Below are positions 1 through 9,700 of a DNA stretch of 64,000 nucleotides, piece by piece (position 1 is the first letter of the stretch; every line of letters begins with the position of its first letter). The DNA is from Acidobacteriota bacterium (GTDB lineage: Bacteria; Actinomycetota; Acidimicrobiia; Acidimicrobiales; Palsa-688). Under the pieces are notes generated by a model that saw only the letters and a program-made list of their open reading frames with translations, did no database searches and was not told where the DNA came from. Position numbers and translations under genes: made by a program. The stretch lies in the NCBI GenBank assembly GCA_028876385.1, contig JAGWSF010000163.1:16921-80920 (forward strand), written 5' to 3'.

Positions 1-482
1 GTCACGACGTTGCGGCGGGGGTAGCTCCTCGCTTCGCGGCGGGTGATCCGGCCGGCGAGCACCATCTCCTCGGCCTCGGAGTGATCGACGGTCAGTTGAG
101 ACAGTCGGCCATCCGCCAGGCGGTAGACGCGGCAGTCCCCGACGTTGAACACCTGCCAGTGTTCGGCGCCCGCTGCGCTGATCACCACCAGGCCGGCGAT
201 GGTCGTGCCCATTCCCGCCATGTCCGGGTGGCCTTCGACCATCCGCAGGATGGCCTCGTTGGCTTCGGCGACCGCCTCGGCGGAGTCGTTGACGTTCAGC
301 GGTGCCGGGCCGGTCAGCGGCTGGAAGCGCTCCACGGCCAGCCGGCTGGCGACGTCACCGGCGGCGTGGCCACCCATACCATCGGCCACCACGAACACCG
401 GCGGTGCGGCGAAGACGCTGTCCTCGTTGACCGACCGTACCAATCCCCGGCTGCTGGCCGCGCCCCACCCGGAGATCATCAT
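1..482 (-). CDS. PP2C-family Ser/Thr protein phosphatase (3' end runs off the window)
   Basis: Reverse translation from ATG at 482 gives MMISGWGAASSRGLVRSVNEDSVF..VVADGMGGHAAGDVAS..MGTTIAGL..VGDCRVYRL..LTVDHSEAEEMV..ITRREARSYPRRNVVT. These are typical PP2C motifs. It is absent from the ORF track because there is no stop inside the window. Confidence 0.85.
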   Translation of the reverse strand, partial: MMISGWGAASSRGLVRSVNEDSVFAAPPVFVVADGMGGHAAGDVASRLAVERFQPLTGPAPLNVNDSAEAVAEANEAILRMVEGHPDMAGMGTTIAGLVVISAAGAEHWQVFNVGDCRVYRLADGRLSQLTVDHSEAEEMVLAGRITRREARSYPRRNVV

Positions 483-567
483 CGGCTCTGACCCGGCCAT
501 CCGGCGCCGAGGCGCCGGCGGGCTTCCAACGACACCGGCCGACCGGCGCCGGTCGAGCTGCGGGCGG

Positions 568-2826
568 TCATCCGCTGCATGGCAGGCGCGGATCACAGCC
601 GGCGGGCGGGCTGGTGACAGGGGGGCTGGTCACCGGCGGGGGCGGAGGTGCCGTAACCGGTGCCGCCGTCACGGGCGGCACGTACACGCTTGGCGGCACG
701 TAAACGGTGGTCGGGGCGGGGGCCGGCGCCGTGGGGGCAGTGGTGGCGGGAACGGTGGTGGGAGCAACCGTCGTCGGAGCAGCCGTCGTAGGGGGTGCCG
801 TGGTGGGCGCCACCGTCGTAGCGGCAGCGGTGGTCACGGGCGAGGTGGCGGCCGGAGCGGGCAGCGTCTGGGAGGTGTGGACCGTGGCGGAATGCCCAGA
901 CGAGCTGACGGCCAGAACGGCGCCCACGACTATCGCGAGTAGACCGACCGGACCGGCGATAACCAGCAAACGGCGCCGAGACGACGGGCCGCCGCCACGC
1001 CTCTCCTGGGTCGGGACGTAAGTGTCGGCGGCGGCGCCGGAGTCGCCGAAGACGGTTACTTTGTCCTGGTTGGGGTCGAGGACCATGGCGCCCGACCCGG
1101 CGGCAGGCGACTTGGCAGTCGCCACGTCGCGCCGGTGGAGGGTTTCGCTCATGTCACGATCGAAGCCGGCCGCCTCGATCGTCTCCCCGGGGTCCCGCGG
1201 CACCGGTCGGAACGCCGCCGGTCCATCCGCTCCACCCGGGGGGATCCCTGCCGAAGGTTCCGATAACAGCGTGGGAGGCGGCACCGGCTCCGGCTCGGCG
1301 GCCAGGTGCAGCTGCTCGACCGGCTCCGGCTCGGCGACCAGCTGCGGTTCCGGCAGTTCCCCCGCCTCGCCGCTGCCCTCTTGGCCGCCGGTCAGCTGGC
1401 TCCGCAGAAGGGTGTCTTCTTCGACCTCGATCCCGGCCTCAACCGGAGGCTCGCCGTCGGTCGACCCGACAGGCAAAGGGAGGACCATACGCCGAACGGT
1501 CGCGCCTGCCTCGGCCAGGTCGTCCGTGCCGCTGGTCGTCGGCTCCGTCGCCGGACCCGACCTGACATCGTCTTCGACCGGAGCCCCTACGGCCGTTGCC
1601 GGCTCTTCGACGCCGACCTCCTCCCCCGTTCTCTCATCAGCCGGAGGTGACCCAGTCAGAGCCTCCGCCTGGTAGAGACCGGCGGCGTAGGCGTCCCCGG
1701 GAGGGGCGGAGAAGAGCGGGACATCGGCTATCAGCTGCTCGGCTCCGACCGGGAGCTGGCCGCGCCGGATGGTCGCCGCCTCATCGACAGGGGCGCCCGA
1801 CGACGCCCCCATATCGTCAGAAGCAGGGGTTTCCGTCCCGTCGCCCCCTGATGGCACGGCCCTGAAGTGATCGACCCCGGGTGTGGCGGGCGTGGCGGGC
1901 GGGGCGCTCGAGGCGACCAGGGCGGTCGGAACGTCGATCAGCGCCGCCGCGGTCATGTTGGTGACGGGTAGGCCGACCGTACGCTGCACGCCCTGCAAGA
2001 CGACGCCGAAATGCTCGGCCGACTGCGGCCGGCGAGCTGCCTCTTTGGCCATCCCGTCCGACAACGCCCGACACAGCTCATCCGGCGCTCCGAACGGAAC
2101 GAGGTCCTGGGGATCGACGGTGAGGATGCGGTTGAGCAGGGGCAGAAGGGTCTCGTCTCCATCGCGATGGAACGGAGACCGGCCGGCGATGAGGGTCGAG
2201 ATGGTCGATGCCAGAGACCAGATGTCGGTGACCGCCGTCGCCGGGGCACCCGAGACGGCTTCGGGGGCGGCGTGGGCCAGGCTGCCGGTGATGCTCCCCG
2301 ATGCGGTGGCCGTTGCCGTGCCGCCCCCGACGCGGGCCACCCCGAAGTCGGCGAGCTGCGGCTCGCCGTATCGGGAGATCAGCACGTTCTCCGGTTTGAC
2401 GTCGCGGTGGAGAATTTCGATCGAGTGCGCCTCGGCCAGGGCCCCGCACAGCTTGATCCCGATGTCGACGGCCTCCTGCCAACCGATTCGGCCGTCCCTG
2501 GCGATCCGGTCGGCGAGGGTGCCTCCCGGGAGATAGTCCATGATCAGGTAGGGGCGACCGTCGGGAGTGATACCGGCGCTGTGCAAGGTCACGATGTTGG
2601 GGTGGGCCGACAGGGATCCGAGAGCCTGGCACTCCCGGTCGAAACGTCGGCGGGCATCCTCGTCGAGTAGGGGCTCGTTGAGCACCTTTACGGCGACGTC
2701 GCGCCGGTAGGCCGACTGCACCGCCCGGTAGACCACTCCGAACGAGCCGCGCCCCACCGCCACGGCGCCGCTGATGCCCTCGATGGGCAACTCGACTGGG
2801 CTGGAGGTGTCGGCCTGTTTGCTCAT
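568..2826 (-). CDS. Ser/Thr protein kinase with one TM helix and an extracellular Pro/Thr-rich tail
   Basis: N-terminal Hanks kinase motifs: GRGSFGVVYRA, AVKVL, HRDVKPENVL, DFG, APE. It then has an acidic/Pro linker, a TM helix (LLVIAGPVGLLAIVVGAVLAV) and a PT-rich tail. No PASTA repeats. Confidence 0.9.
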   Translation of the reverse strand: MSKQADTSSPVELPIEGISGAVAVGRGSFGVVYRAVQSAYRRDVAVKVLNEPLLDEDARRRFDRECQALGSLSAHPNIVTLHSAGITPDGRPYLIMDYLPGGTLADRIARDGRIGWQEAVDIGIKLCGALAEAHSIEILHRDVKPENVLISRYGEPQLADFGVARVGGGTATATASGSITGSLAHAAPEAVSGAPATAVTDIWSLASTISTLIAGRSPFHRDGDETLLPLLNRILTVDPQDLVPFGAPDELCRALSDGMAKEAARRPQSAEHFGVVLQGVQRTVGLPVTNMTAAALIDVPTALVASSAPPATPATPGVDHFRAVPSGGDGTETPASDDMGASSGAPVDEAATIRRGQLPVGAEQLIADVPLFSAPPGDAYAAGLYQAEALTGSPPADERTGEEVGVEEPATAVGAPVEDDVRSGPATEPTTSGTDDLAEAGATVRRMVLPLPVGSTDGEPPVEAGIEVEEDTLLRSQLTGGQEGSGEAGELPEPQLVAEPEPVEQLHLAAEPEPVPPPTLLSEPSAGIPPGGADGPAAFRPVPRDPGETIEAAGFDRDMSETLHRRDVATAKSPAAGSGAMVLDPNQDKVTVFGDSGAAADTYVPTQERRGGGPSSRRRLLVIAGPVGLLAIVVGAVLAVSSSGHSATVHTSQTLPAPAATSPVTTAAATTVAPTTAPPTTAAPTTVAPTTVPATTAPTAPAPAPTTVYVPPSVYVPPVTAAPVTAPPPPPVTSPPVTSPPAGCDPRLPCSG

Positions 2827-2885
2827 GCTCTCTGCGGGCGGACTAGTTCAAGATGACTGTGGATCGAGGAATAGGGGGGTGGGTC

Positions 2886-2912
2886 GGCCTGGCCGGCTGA
2901 TCCGGCCAGGCC
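2886..2912 (-). terminator. Perfect 11-bp stem / 5-nt loop hairpin downstream of the 2922 stop
   Basis: ggcctggccgg-ctgat-ccggccaggcc lies 10 nt after the stop of the secreted-protein gene. There is no U-tract, which is common in high-GC actinobacteria. Confidence 0.5.
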
Positions 2913-2921
2913 GATCTCGGT

Positions 2922-5900
2922 TCAGTCGCCGGCCATGTTCTCCAAGGGGGCGCTCGGCGAGACGTTTACGCTGCCCCGGAAGGTGGCGTCACCGTAGGCC
3001 TGCACGGTGCCGTCTCGGGCCAGGAGCCAGTAGCCCGCGCCGTCGAGGGTCGAGGTTATGGCCTCCCAGCTCTTGGTCCCGCCGGGGGCGTAGGCGCTGC
3101 CGTAGAACTGGGCGTCGCCGAAGGCGAACACACCCCCGTTCTGGGCGATGACCCAGTACCCGTTACCCGAAAGGTCGATCGAGATTCCGAGTACCGGCGA
3201 GGTGGCGGCGCAGATTCCGCAGAAGACGGGGAGGGAACCGTGGAACTGGGCGTCGCCGAAGGTGAACACTCCGCCGTCGGATCCGACCATGTAGTAGCCA
3301 CCGCCGTCGATAGTGGCCTCGATACCGACGATCGGGCCGACCAGCTTGATCCCGGCGAGCGACCCGAAGAACCGGGCGTCGCCGAAGGCGAACACGCCAC
3401 CGTCGCCGCTCACCAGCCAGTAGCCGTGACCGGTAGGTGTAGCGGCTATGCCCACAATCTTGGCCGAGAGACGGTACCCGTAGGCCGAGCCGTAGAACCC
3501 GGCGTCCCCGTACGAGAAGACGCCGCCGTCGGCGGTGACCAGCCAGTATCCCCGGCCCGTCGGGGTCGGCGCGATGGCCAGCACCGGGGAAGCCAGGGGC
3601 TGGTTGGCGGCCGAGCCGTGGAAGGTGGCCGTTCCTTCGGTGAACACCCCACCGTCGGTCCCGACCAGCCAGTAGCCGTCAGTGAGGTTGTCGCTGATCA
3701 CGGTGTCGGCGGTGGTGGCCGTTCCGAGCGTGCCGTGGTCGACTCCCGTGAGGGTCAGCTGGAAGTACCGCTTGGTACCGTGCGTGGTCCGGGTCAAGAA
3801 GTCGATGGTGATCGTCTCGGATGTGGGATCGAGACCCGTCGTGGCCGACGGCTCGAAGATCACACACGACGTTCCCGTCGGGCAGCTTCCCGGGTTGGCG
3901 GTGACGACCGGCGAGGCGAAGTCCACTCCGGGCACCGCACCGGTGGAGAACCCGGGCTGCCCACCGGCGGTGAAGGTCACCGTCAAGGGGACCGCGACGT
4001 CCACCGACGGGCTGCCCGGCCCCGGGCTCAGATCGACGGCGAAGTCGTGGTTGCCGGCCTGAGCCGGGACAACGACGGCGTTGTCATTGCTGGCTGGCGG
4101 CTCGACCAGGGTCACGACCGGCGCCAAAGCGGTGGTCGTTATGGTGCCCGACGCGTGGCCCGTCCCGGCCACCGATATCTGCGTCCCGTAGGCACCGACC
4201 GGTGTGGTGAGCTGCACCGTTACCGGCAGAGCCGGGAAGTAGGCGTTGTGGTCGACCGACGTCACCGTCACCGGGATGTTCACCGCTGATTGCCCGGCCG
4301 GTATGGTCACCGATCCGCTCGGGCTGCAGGTGATCACCGCCGCCGGGAGGGGGCAGCTCACCGTGTAATTCACCTGAATGGGAGCTCCTGCGACGACGGG
4401 GTTGTTCGAGCCGTCGGTCAGAGTGAGGGGGTAGTTCATGGTCCCGCCGGTGGGTAGGACGACCGAGTTCGGGCTGCCCACGGTGATGTTGAGCCCCGGC
4501 GGGGGGCTGACCTCGCTGACTATGTTCGCCACCGCTGCCGGTGCCGAGGGCAGCGCCACGTCGCCGGTGGTGGGTGAACTGAGGCTGAGCGAGACGAGGG
4601 GACCCGGGTCGAAGTACCCGTCGGTGTTCTGGACCACCTTGACCGCCAGGGTGAACGGGGAGGTACCCGACAGGGTGGTGGTCATAAGCGTGCAGGTCAG
4701 GTACGAGGGGCACGACACGTTGAACGCGCCAGCCCCGTATGTGGTGGCAGCCTGGGTGATCGTGTCGCTGGGAACGGTCAGCGGGTTACCCGATCCCGTG
4801 GCGCTGAGGGTGAAGTCAACGATGCTGCCGCCCTTGGCGATCTGTACCGGCGTTGCCGGTGGGCTGAGTGCCACGCTGGGAGCGACCAGCGTTATCGAGG
4901 CGGTCGAAGTCGTGATCGTGGCGGTGGCGGTGTCGGTGGCAGTCACGGTGGAGCCGGTCTGGTAGAGCGTGAACCCGCCCGGTGCGGTGCCGGGCGTGAA
5001 CAGGTGGATACCGGTATCGGCCGCAGTGAAGCTGTAGTTAGCCGGTAGCTGGGCCGGTGTCGACGTCGAGGTGAAGTGGACCGTACCGGTGTAGGCCGGC
5101 GTCGTGTTTCCGTAGGCGTCTACGGCGGTGACGGTCAGGGGGAAGGCGCTGCCGGCCACCTGGGTGGCGATGGGGCTCGGCGAGAAAGCGAATCCGGCCG
5201 TCGGGCCCGGGTTGACCCTGATGGAGCCCGTGTTGCCGGTGAGCGTGCTCACGATCGAGTCCGTGGCGGTTATGTTCTGGAGACCAGCCGTCTTCAAGGT
5301 GAACCCGCTGAGGGTGGCGTCGCCCCTATTGGTAGCTGTGAAGGTGTAGGAATCCGAGGGCGGGAACAAGGCGTTGTTGGTCACCGCCTGGCTGTCCGTC
5401 GAGCTGAATGTCACGGTTCCCGTGTAGTTGACGTCCACTGTGCCGTCGGCGTATTCGACCTTCAATTCCAGTGGGAAAGCTGCCCCCGCAGTGGCGGAAG
5501 TGGGAGGCAAAACGAATACCAACTGGGTCGGGCTGGTAGTGGAGACGTTCACCGCGGCGTTCCCGGTGATCGTGCTGGTGGCGGTGTCGGTGGCCGTGAG
5601 GGTCTGGCTGCCGGTGGTCTGCAGTTTGATGCCGGCGAAGCTGTACGTCCCGCTGTCGGTATTCGAGAACGTGTGCGAGCCGGGCAGCGTAGCGGAGGTG
5701 TCCGACGAAGTGAGCTGGACCGTACCGGTGTAAGCCGGGGTGAGGTTGCCGTAGGCGTCCTGTGCCGTCACGGTTGCCGCGAATGGCGTGTTCGGCGCAA
5801 TCGAGCTGGGAGCGCTGACCACCAGCGTGCTGGTGGCTCCCGGGGAAACGGTGATCGGCGTCGTCGATCCTGTGATCGAAGGGGTGGTGGTGTCGGTGAC

Positions 5901-6251
5901 GGTGACGGTCTGCGAAGCCGCGGTTGCGAGCGTCACGGCGAAGATATGGACACCGGCGTCTCCCGCCACGAAGGTGTAGTCGCCAGGTAGGACCACTTGT
6001 GTGCTGGTGTCGCTGGTAGTGAAGTGCACGGTGCCGACGTAGCCCGTGTCGACGTTCCCCAAGCCGTCCTCGGCGGTGACCGTGATATTGAAGCTCTGAC
6101 CGGCCGTGACCGGGGACGTGTATCCGCTGAGGACGAACTGGGTCGCAGCGGCCGCTGATGCTCTACCGGGCCCGGTGATCAGCCCGAAGCTGACCACCAA
6201 GAAGCCCACGATGGCGGCTACCAGCCGATGATGAGGCTGTCGTCGACGCAA
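2922..6251 (-). CDS. Large secreted surface protein: signal peptide, at least 4 Ig-like beta-sandwich repeats, central region, six C-terminal 42-aa GYWLV/DGGVF repeats
   Basis: TTG start with a GGGGAG RBS. Signal peptide MRRRQPHHRLVAAIVGFLVVSFGLITGPGRASAAAA. About 100-aa repeats of type YTGTVHFTSSD..LP..YTF...D.G.H.F...L.T.G.QT.T.TD. The C-terminal repeats are listed as a separate feature. Confidence 0.85.
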   Translation of the reverse strand: MRRRQPHHRLVAAIVGFLVVSFGLITGPGRASAAAATQFVLSGYTSPVTAGQSFNITVTAEDGLGNVDTGYVGTVHFTTSDTSTQVVLPGDYTFVAGDAGVHIFAVTLATAASQTVTVTDTTTPSITGSTTPITVSPGATSTLVVSAPSSIAPNTPFAATVTAQDAYGNLTPAYTGTVQLTSSDTSATLPGSHTFSNTDSGTYSFAGIKLQTTGSQTLTATDTATSTITGNAAVNVSTTSPTQLVFVLPPTSATAGAAFPLELKVEYADGTVDVNYTGTVTFSSTDSQAVTNNALFPPSDSYTFTATNRGDATLSGFTLKTAGLQNITATDSIVSTLTGNTGSIRVNPGPTAGFAFSPSPIATQVAGSAFPLTVTAVDAYGNTTPAYTGTVHFTSTSTPAQLPANYSFTAADTGIHLFTPGTAPGGFTLYQTGSTVTATDTATATITTSTASITLVAPSVALSPPATPVQIAKGGSIVDFTLSATGSGNPLTVPSDTITQAATTYGAGAFNVSCPSYLTCTLMTTTLSGTSPFTLAVKVVQNTDGYFDPGPLVSLSLSSPTTGDVALPSAPAAVANIVSEVSPPPGLNITVGSPNSVVLPTGGTMNYPLTLTDGSNNPVVAGAPIQVNYTVSCPLPAAVITCSPSGSVTIPAGQSAVNIPVTVTSVDHNAYFPALPVTVQLTTPVGAYGTQISVAGTGHASGTITTTALAPVVTLVEPPASNDNAVVVPAQAGNHDFAVDLSPGPGSPSVDVAVPLTVTFTAGGQPGFSTGAVPGVDFASPVVTANPGSCPTGTSCVIFEPSATTGLDPTSETITIDFLTRTTHGTKRYFQLTLTGVDHGTLGTATTADTVISDNLTDGYWLVGTDGGVFTEGTATFHGSAANQPLASPVLAIAPTPTGRGYWLVTADGGVFSYGDAGFYGSAYGYRLSAKIVGIAATPTGHGYWLVSGDGGVFAFGDARFFGSLAGIKLVGPIVGIEATIDGGGYYMVGSDGGVFTFGDAQFHGSLPVFCGICAATSPVLGISIDLSGNGYWVIAQNGGVFAFGDAQFYGSAYAPGGTKSWEAITSTLDGAGYWLLARDGTVQAYGDATFRGSVNVSPSAPLENMAGD
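2925..3680 (-). repeat. Six tandem ~42-aa coding repeats (GYWLVxxDGGVFxFGDAxFxGS), predicted beta-propeller blades
   Basis: Counted in the translation: unit lengths 43, 42, 42, 46, 42 and 37 aa. The consensus is shared with 61041..61790. Confidence 0.8.
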
Positions 6252-6471
6252 TTGTCTCCCCTTCTTCGATATCCCAGCGCGAGCATTCCCCGCTGCTCGG
6301 CGGCGGAGTATAAGGGTGCTCTCAGACGCCCTCTACCGGTCGCCCGAGCGCCGGATCCGGGCCCGAGCGACCCTTTTCAACCGGGAACTCCGGACACCTG
6401 AGAGGTCATCAGGTCCCAGATTTGCGCTTGCAAAGGGACCGCTCAGCGAGAGAAGTTGATCACCATTTACC

Positions 6472-6481
6472 TGTCCGGACA
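6472..6481. promoter_or_regulatory. Perfect 10-bp palindrome TGTCCGGACA in the long leader of the secreted-protein gene
   Basis: Seen directly in the sequence. Half-site copies TCCGGACA at 6389..6396 and TTCGGACA at 6500..6507. Related copies lie upstream of the STAND gene (10626..10747). Confidence 0.3.
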
Positions 6482-6736
6482 CCCCTGTGGCCATCGTTAT
6501 TCGGACAAACATCGGGTACGGCCTCCGAACGACCTTGTACGAGTTTCGGGAGGTCTTCCCATCTCCGTCATAAACCGAAGGCGGTCGAGAAGTTCCCCAC
6601 GCCCGGGGGGTTCCAGATTTCGGTCGCGCCGCGGTCGACCCTGCACCATATTGACGGCCGTCCGCCGAGGCATCAACGCGCCCAACGAGGACATGGCCGC
6701 GGTTGCCCGACACCTGCCCGGCACCGGCCACAAAGG

Positions 6737-6763
6737 CCCCTACCGACTCTCACCCGGTAGGAG
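6737..6763 (-). terminator. Hairpin after the STAND gene stop
   Basis: cccctaccg-actctcacc-cggtaggag forms a 9-bp stem (one G-U pair in the RNA sense) about 30 nt downstream of the stop at 6794. Confidence 0.4.
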
Positions 6764-6793
6764 AGGTACAGGGTTTGCGATTGCGGCTCAGGG

Positions 6794-9700
6794 TCAGCGG
6801 CAGGGGGCCCGGTACGGTAGACCTTGGACGTATTTGGCCCACTCGGCTCTGGTGATGGCCTGGCCTGCCGCCGAGCACAGCCGGCTCATCGCGGTCGACG
6901 GCTGGTAGTCCCACAGGTGCAGGAGGTCATCGCCTCCGCTGGAGGCGAGGACCTGGTTACCCGGGGCGAAGGTCACCACCAAAGCGGTGTCCTGGGGCGC
7001 CGTGAGGGTGTCGAGGTGTACAGGGCGGCTGACGTCGGCGATGTCCCACACCCATACCGAGTGGTCCGTGGAAGCCGCCGCCAGCGTCTTGCCGTCGGGG
7101 CTGACGGCGATGTTGAACACATAGCCGGACGGTCCTGAGAGGGGAGCCCCCAGCGGTGCGGGTCGGCTCGGGTCGGTGACGTTCCACAGGCGCACGGTCC
7201 CATCCGCGCTGCCGGCGATCAGGGTGCGCCCGTCGGGGGTGAAGGCGGTCGTGTAGGCATAATTGCTGAACCCGCCGACGGTGGACAGCAGGACCGGCTT
7301 GGCGGGATCGGAGATGTCGTAGATGCGGACCTTGGCGTCGGTCGCGGCGTCGGCCAGCAGCCTGCCGTCGGGGCTGACGGCGAAACCTAGCACCTCTCCT
7401 TTGGTGTCAGTCCGAACCGCCAGCAACCGCGCCGTAGCAGGATTGGTCACGTCCCAGAGCAGCAGTTCGCCGCCGTCGTCTCCGCCGATCATCACCCGGC
7501 TGTTGGGCGTGAACCCGAGTTGCTCTACGGTCGGCTTGGCGTCGTGCAGTGGTGGGCCGGCGGCGACCGCGACCGACGGTTTGGGCAGGGCGAACAGCTG
7601 GACCAAGGCCGATCGGTTGGCCGCGGCCAGCAGCTTGCCGTTGGGGCTGACGGCTCCGCTACCCGCCACCGGGCCGAGCCCGGCGGGCATCTCGACCGAG
7701 GCCGCCTGCGTGGGCTGCAGACTGTCGGCGGTGTCCCACACGGTGACGTCACTATGGGAGCTGTCGCTCGTCGCGTACAGATAACGGCCGCTATCGGCGT
7801 AGTCGAGGGAGTAGACGGTACCGGGCTCGCTGAGTGTCGCCTGGAGCGGCAGAGACCACAGGCGGGTGTGACCTCCCGAGTCGGCCGAGACTAGGGTCTT
7901 GCCGTCTGCGGTGTAAGCGAGGGCGGTGACCGGGTCGCTCTGGTCGAGGGTGCCGGCGGGGTCCCAGCTGCTGGTGTCGAACAGCCTGACCTGGCCGGCG
8001 GCGGTGCCGGTGGCCAGAGTCGTGCCGCTCGGGTCGAACGCCGTGCTGTCGACCTCGGACGTACCATCGTCGAGTGGGGCGTGAGCCGGTTGCAAGCTGT
8101 TCGCTCCGGTCAGGTACCACACGTGGGTGGTGTCATCGGTGGCGCCGGCGGCAAGCAGCTTGCCGTCGGCACTGACCGACACCGTCTGGTAGGTGGCTGC
8201 ACCGGTGCCCGGGATCGGGACCGGGGAGGGCTCGGCGGTGTTCCACACCACCACCGTTCCGCCCGATCCGGCGGCCACCACGGCCCCGGCCGGGGTGTAG
8301 GCGACGGCTTTGAGGGCGTCTCCCCCCGGGGAACGCCACTTGGCGGCCGCCGCAGGGTGGTGATCGGCCCCGAGGGACCAGAGTTGCAGGGTCCCGTCCG
8401 AAGACGCCTCGGCCAGGCTCCGCCCGTCGGGCGAGAACGCCAACGAGTAGACCGTCGAGCCGGGGTGGCCGACGGTGGCCACCTTGGCCGGGTGGGCGGG
8501 ATCGGCGGTGTCCCACAAGGTCACCTGCCCGGAGGTGCCCCCAGCGGCGAGTACCGTCCCGTCCGGGGAGACGGCCACGGCGAAGTCCTGATCGGTTCTC
8601 GCTCCGACGGACAGGTCCACCAGGTGGGTGGCGCCCGGAGGTTTCACGGCGTACAGGGCCACGGTGTCGTTCCCCGATTGGGCGACCGCGAGGATCCGCC
8701 CCGAAGAAGACAGCGATATGAAGAGTGGCCCGGCCGGCCCGAGCAGCCGGAACGGGACGTCCCCCGCAGTGGCGTCGAGGAGGGCGCTGCGCGCCTGCAC
8801 GGTGGGAGCGATCCGGTAGGCGGCCACCGCCAGTTGGGCGGCGAGCGACGGCGAGCGGGTCCGAAGCTGCCCGGATTCGATGGCGACTTGGCGCGACAAG
8901 GCGTCGTCACGGGCCCGGACGGCGGTTCCTCGGGAGGCCACGGCGACGCCGGCCAGGACGAAGGCGGATGCCGCCAGGATGGCTACGAGCACCAAAAGTT
9001 GCTGCGTACGATGGGTCCGCCGACGCTCGAGGCGATGCTCCTTCTCGATCTGTGTCAAAGACTCGACCACGAACGCGTTCTCGAGCCGGTTCATCTCCCG
9101 ACCCTCGCCGACGGCCTGCTCGGCCGCCTCGAGACGCGCTCCCCGCCACAGCAGCGAGGTGTCACGGCCGTGGTCGTCCCAGACCTGGGCGGCCTCCTGG
9201 ATCTGCCTGTTCAAATTGAGCCACTCGCGGTCGGACTCGATCCAGTCGGCCAGGCGGGGCCAGGCACCGAGCAGCGCCTCGTGGCTCACATGAACGGTCT
9301 CGGTGTCACCGGTCAGCAGGCGGGCGGCAATGAACCGTTCCAGGACCTGCTCGGCGATGACGTCCAGGTCGGGGTCACCAGTGTCGATCAGGTCGCTCCG
9401 GGAGGCCCGCCTGCTGGTGGGGGGGTTCTCGGAGTCGACACGGACGAGGCGGCCGAACAGCCGGCGGGCGACGTCCCGCTCGGTCGGGTCGAGCGCCTGG
9501 TAGAGCTCCTCGGCGGCGCGCAGCACTGCGCCGCGTAATCCGCCCACCGCCAGGTAGTCGCCCACCGTGAGTTGGTTGCGTCCCGCTCGCTGCCACGTGG
9601 CCAGGAGGGCGTAGGACATGAGGGGCAGGCCCCCGGGACCGTGGGCGGCCCCGGGGCGCTGCCGGGGACCGAGATCGGCGAGCACGACCTCGACCAGTCC

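Noticed and set aside
6333-6733. ORFs of 78-132 aa inside the long 6252..6793 spacer as hidden small genes.
   Set aside because: The translations are Arg/Pro/Gly-rich without hydrophobic cores or motifs. No RBS-start pairing is apparent and there is no clear GC3 periodicity. I treat the region as non-coding pending transcript data.
8081-9538. Long antisense ORFs opposite real genes. Examples: 8081..9538, 17129..18802, 20836..22425, 34241..35404, 38471..39679, 58512..60035, 60081..61625.
   Set aside because: They are Arg/Gly/Pro-rich with no recognisable motifs. They lie opposite genes with clear family signatures and proper GC3 bias. These are typical stop-codon-poor shadow ORFs of 70% GC DNA.
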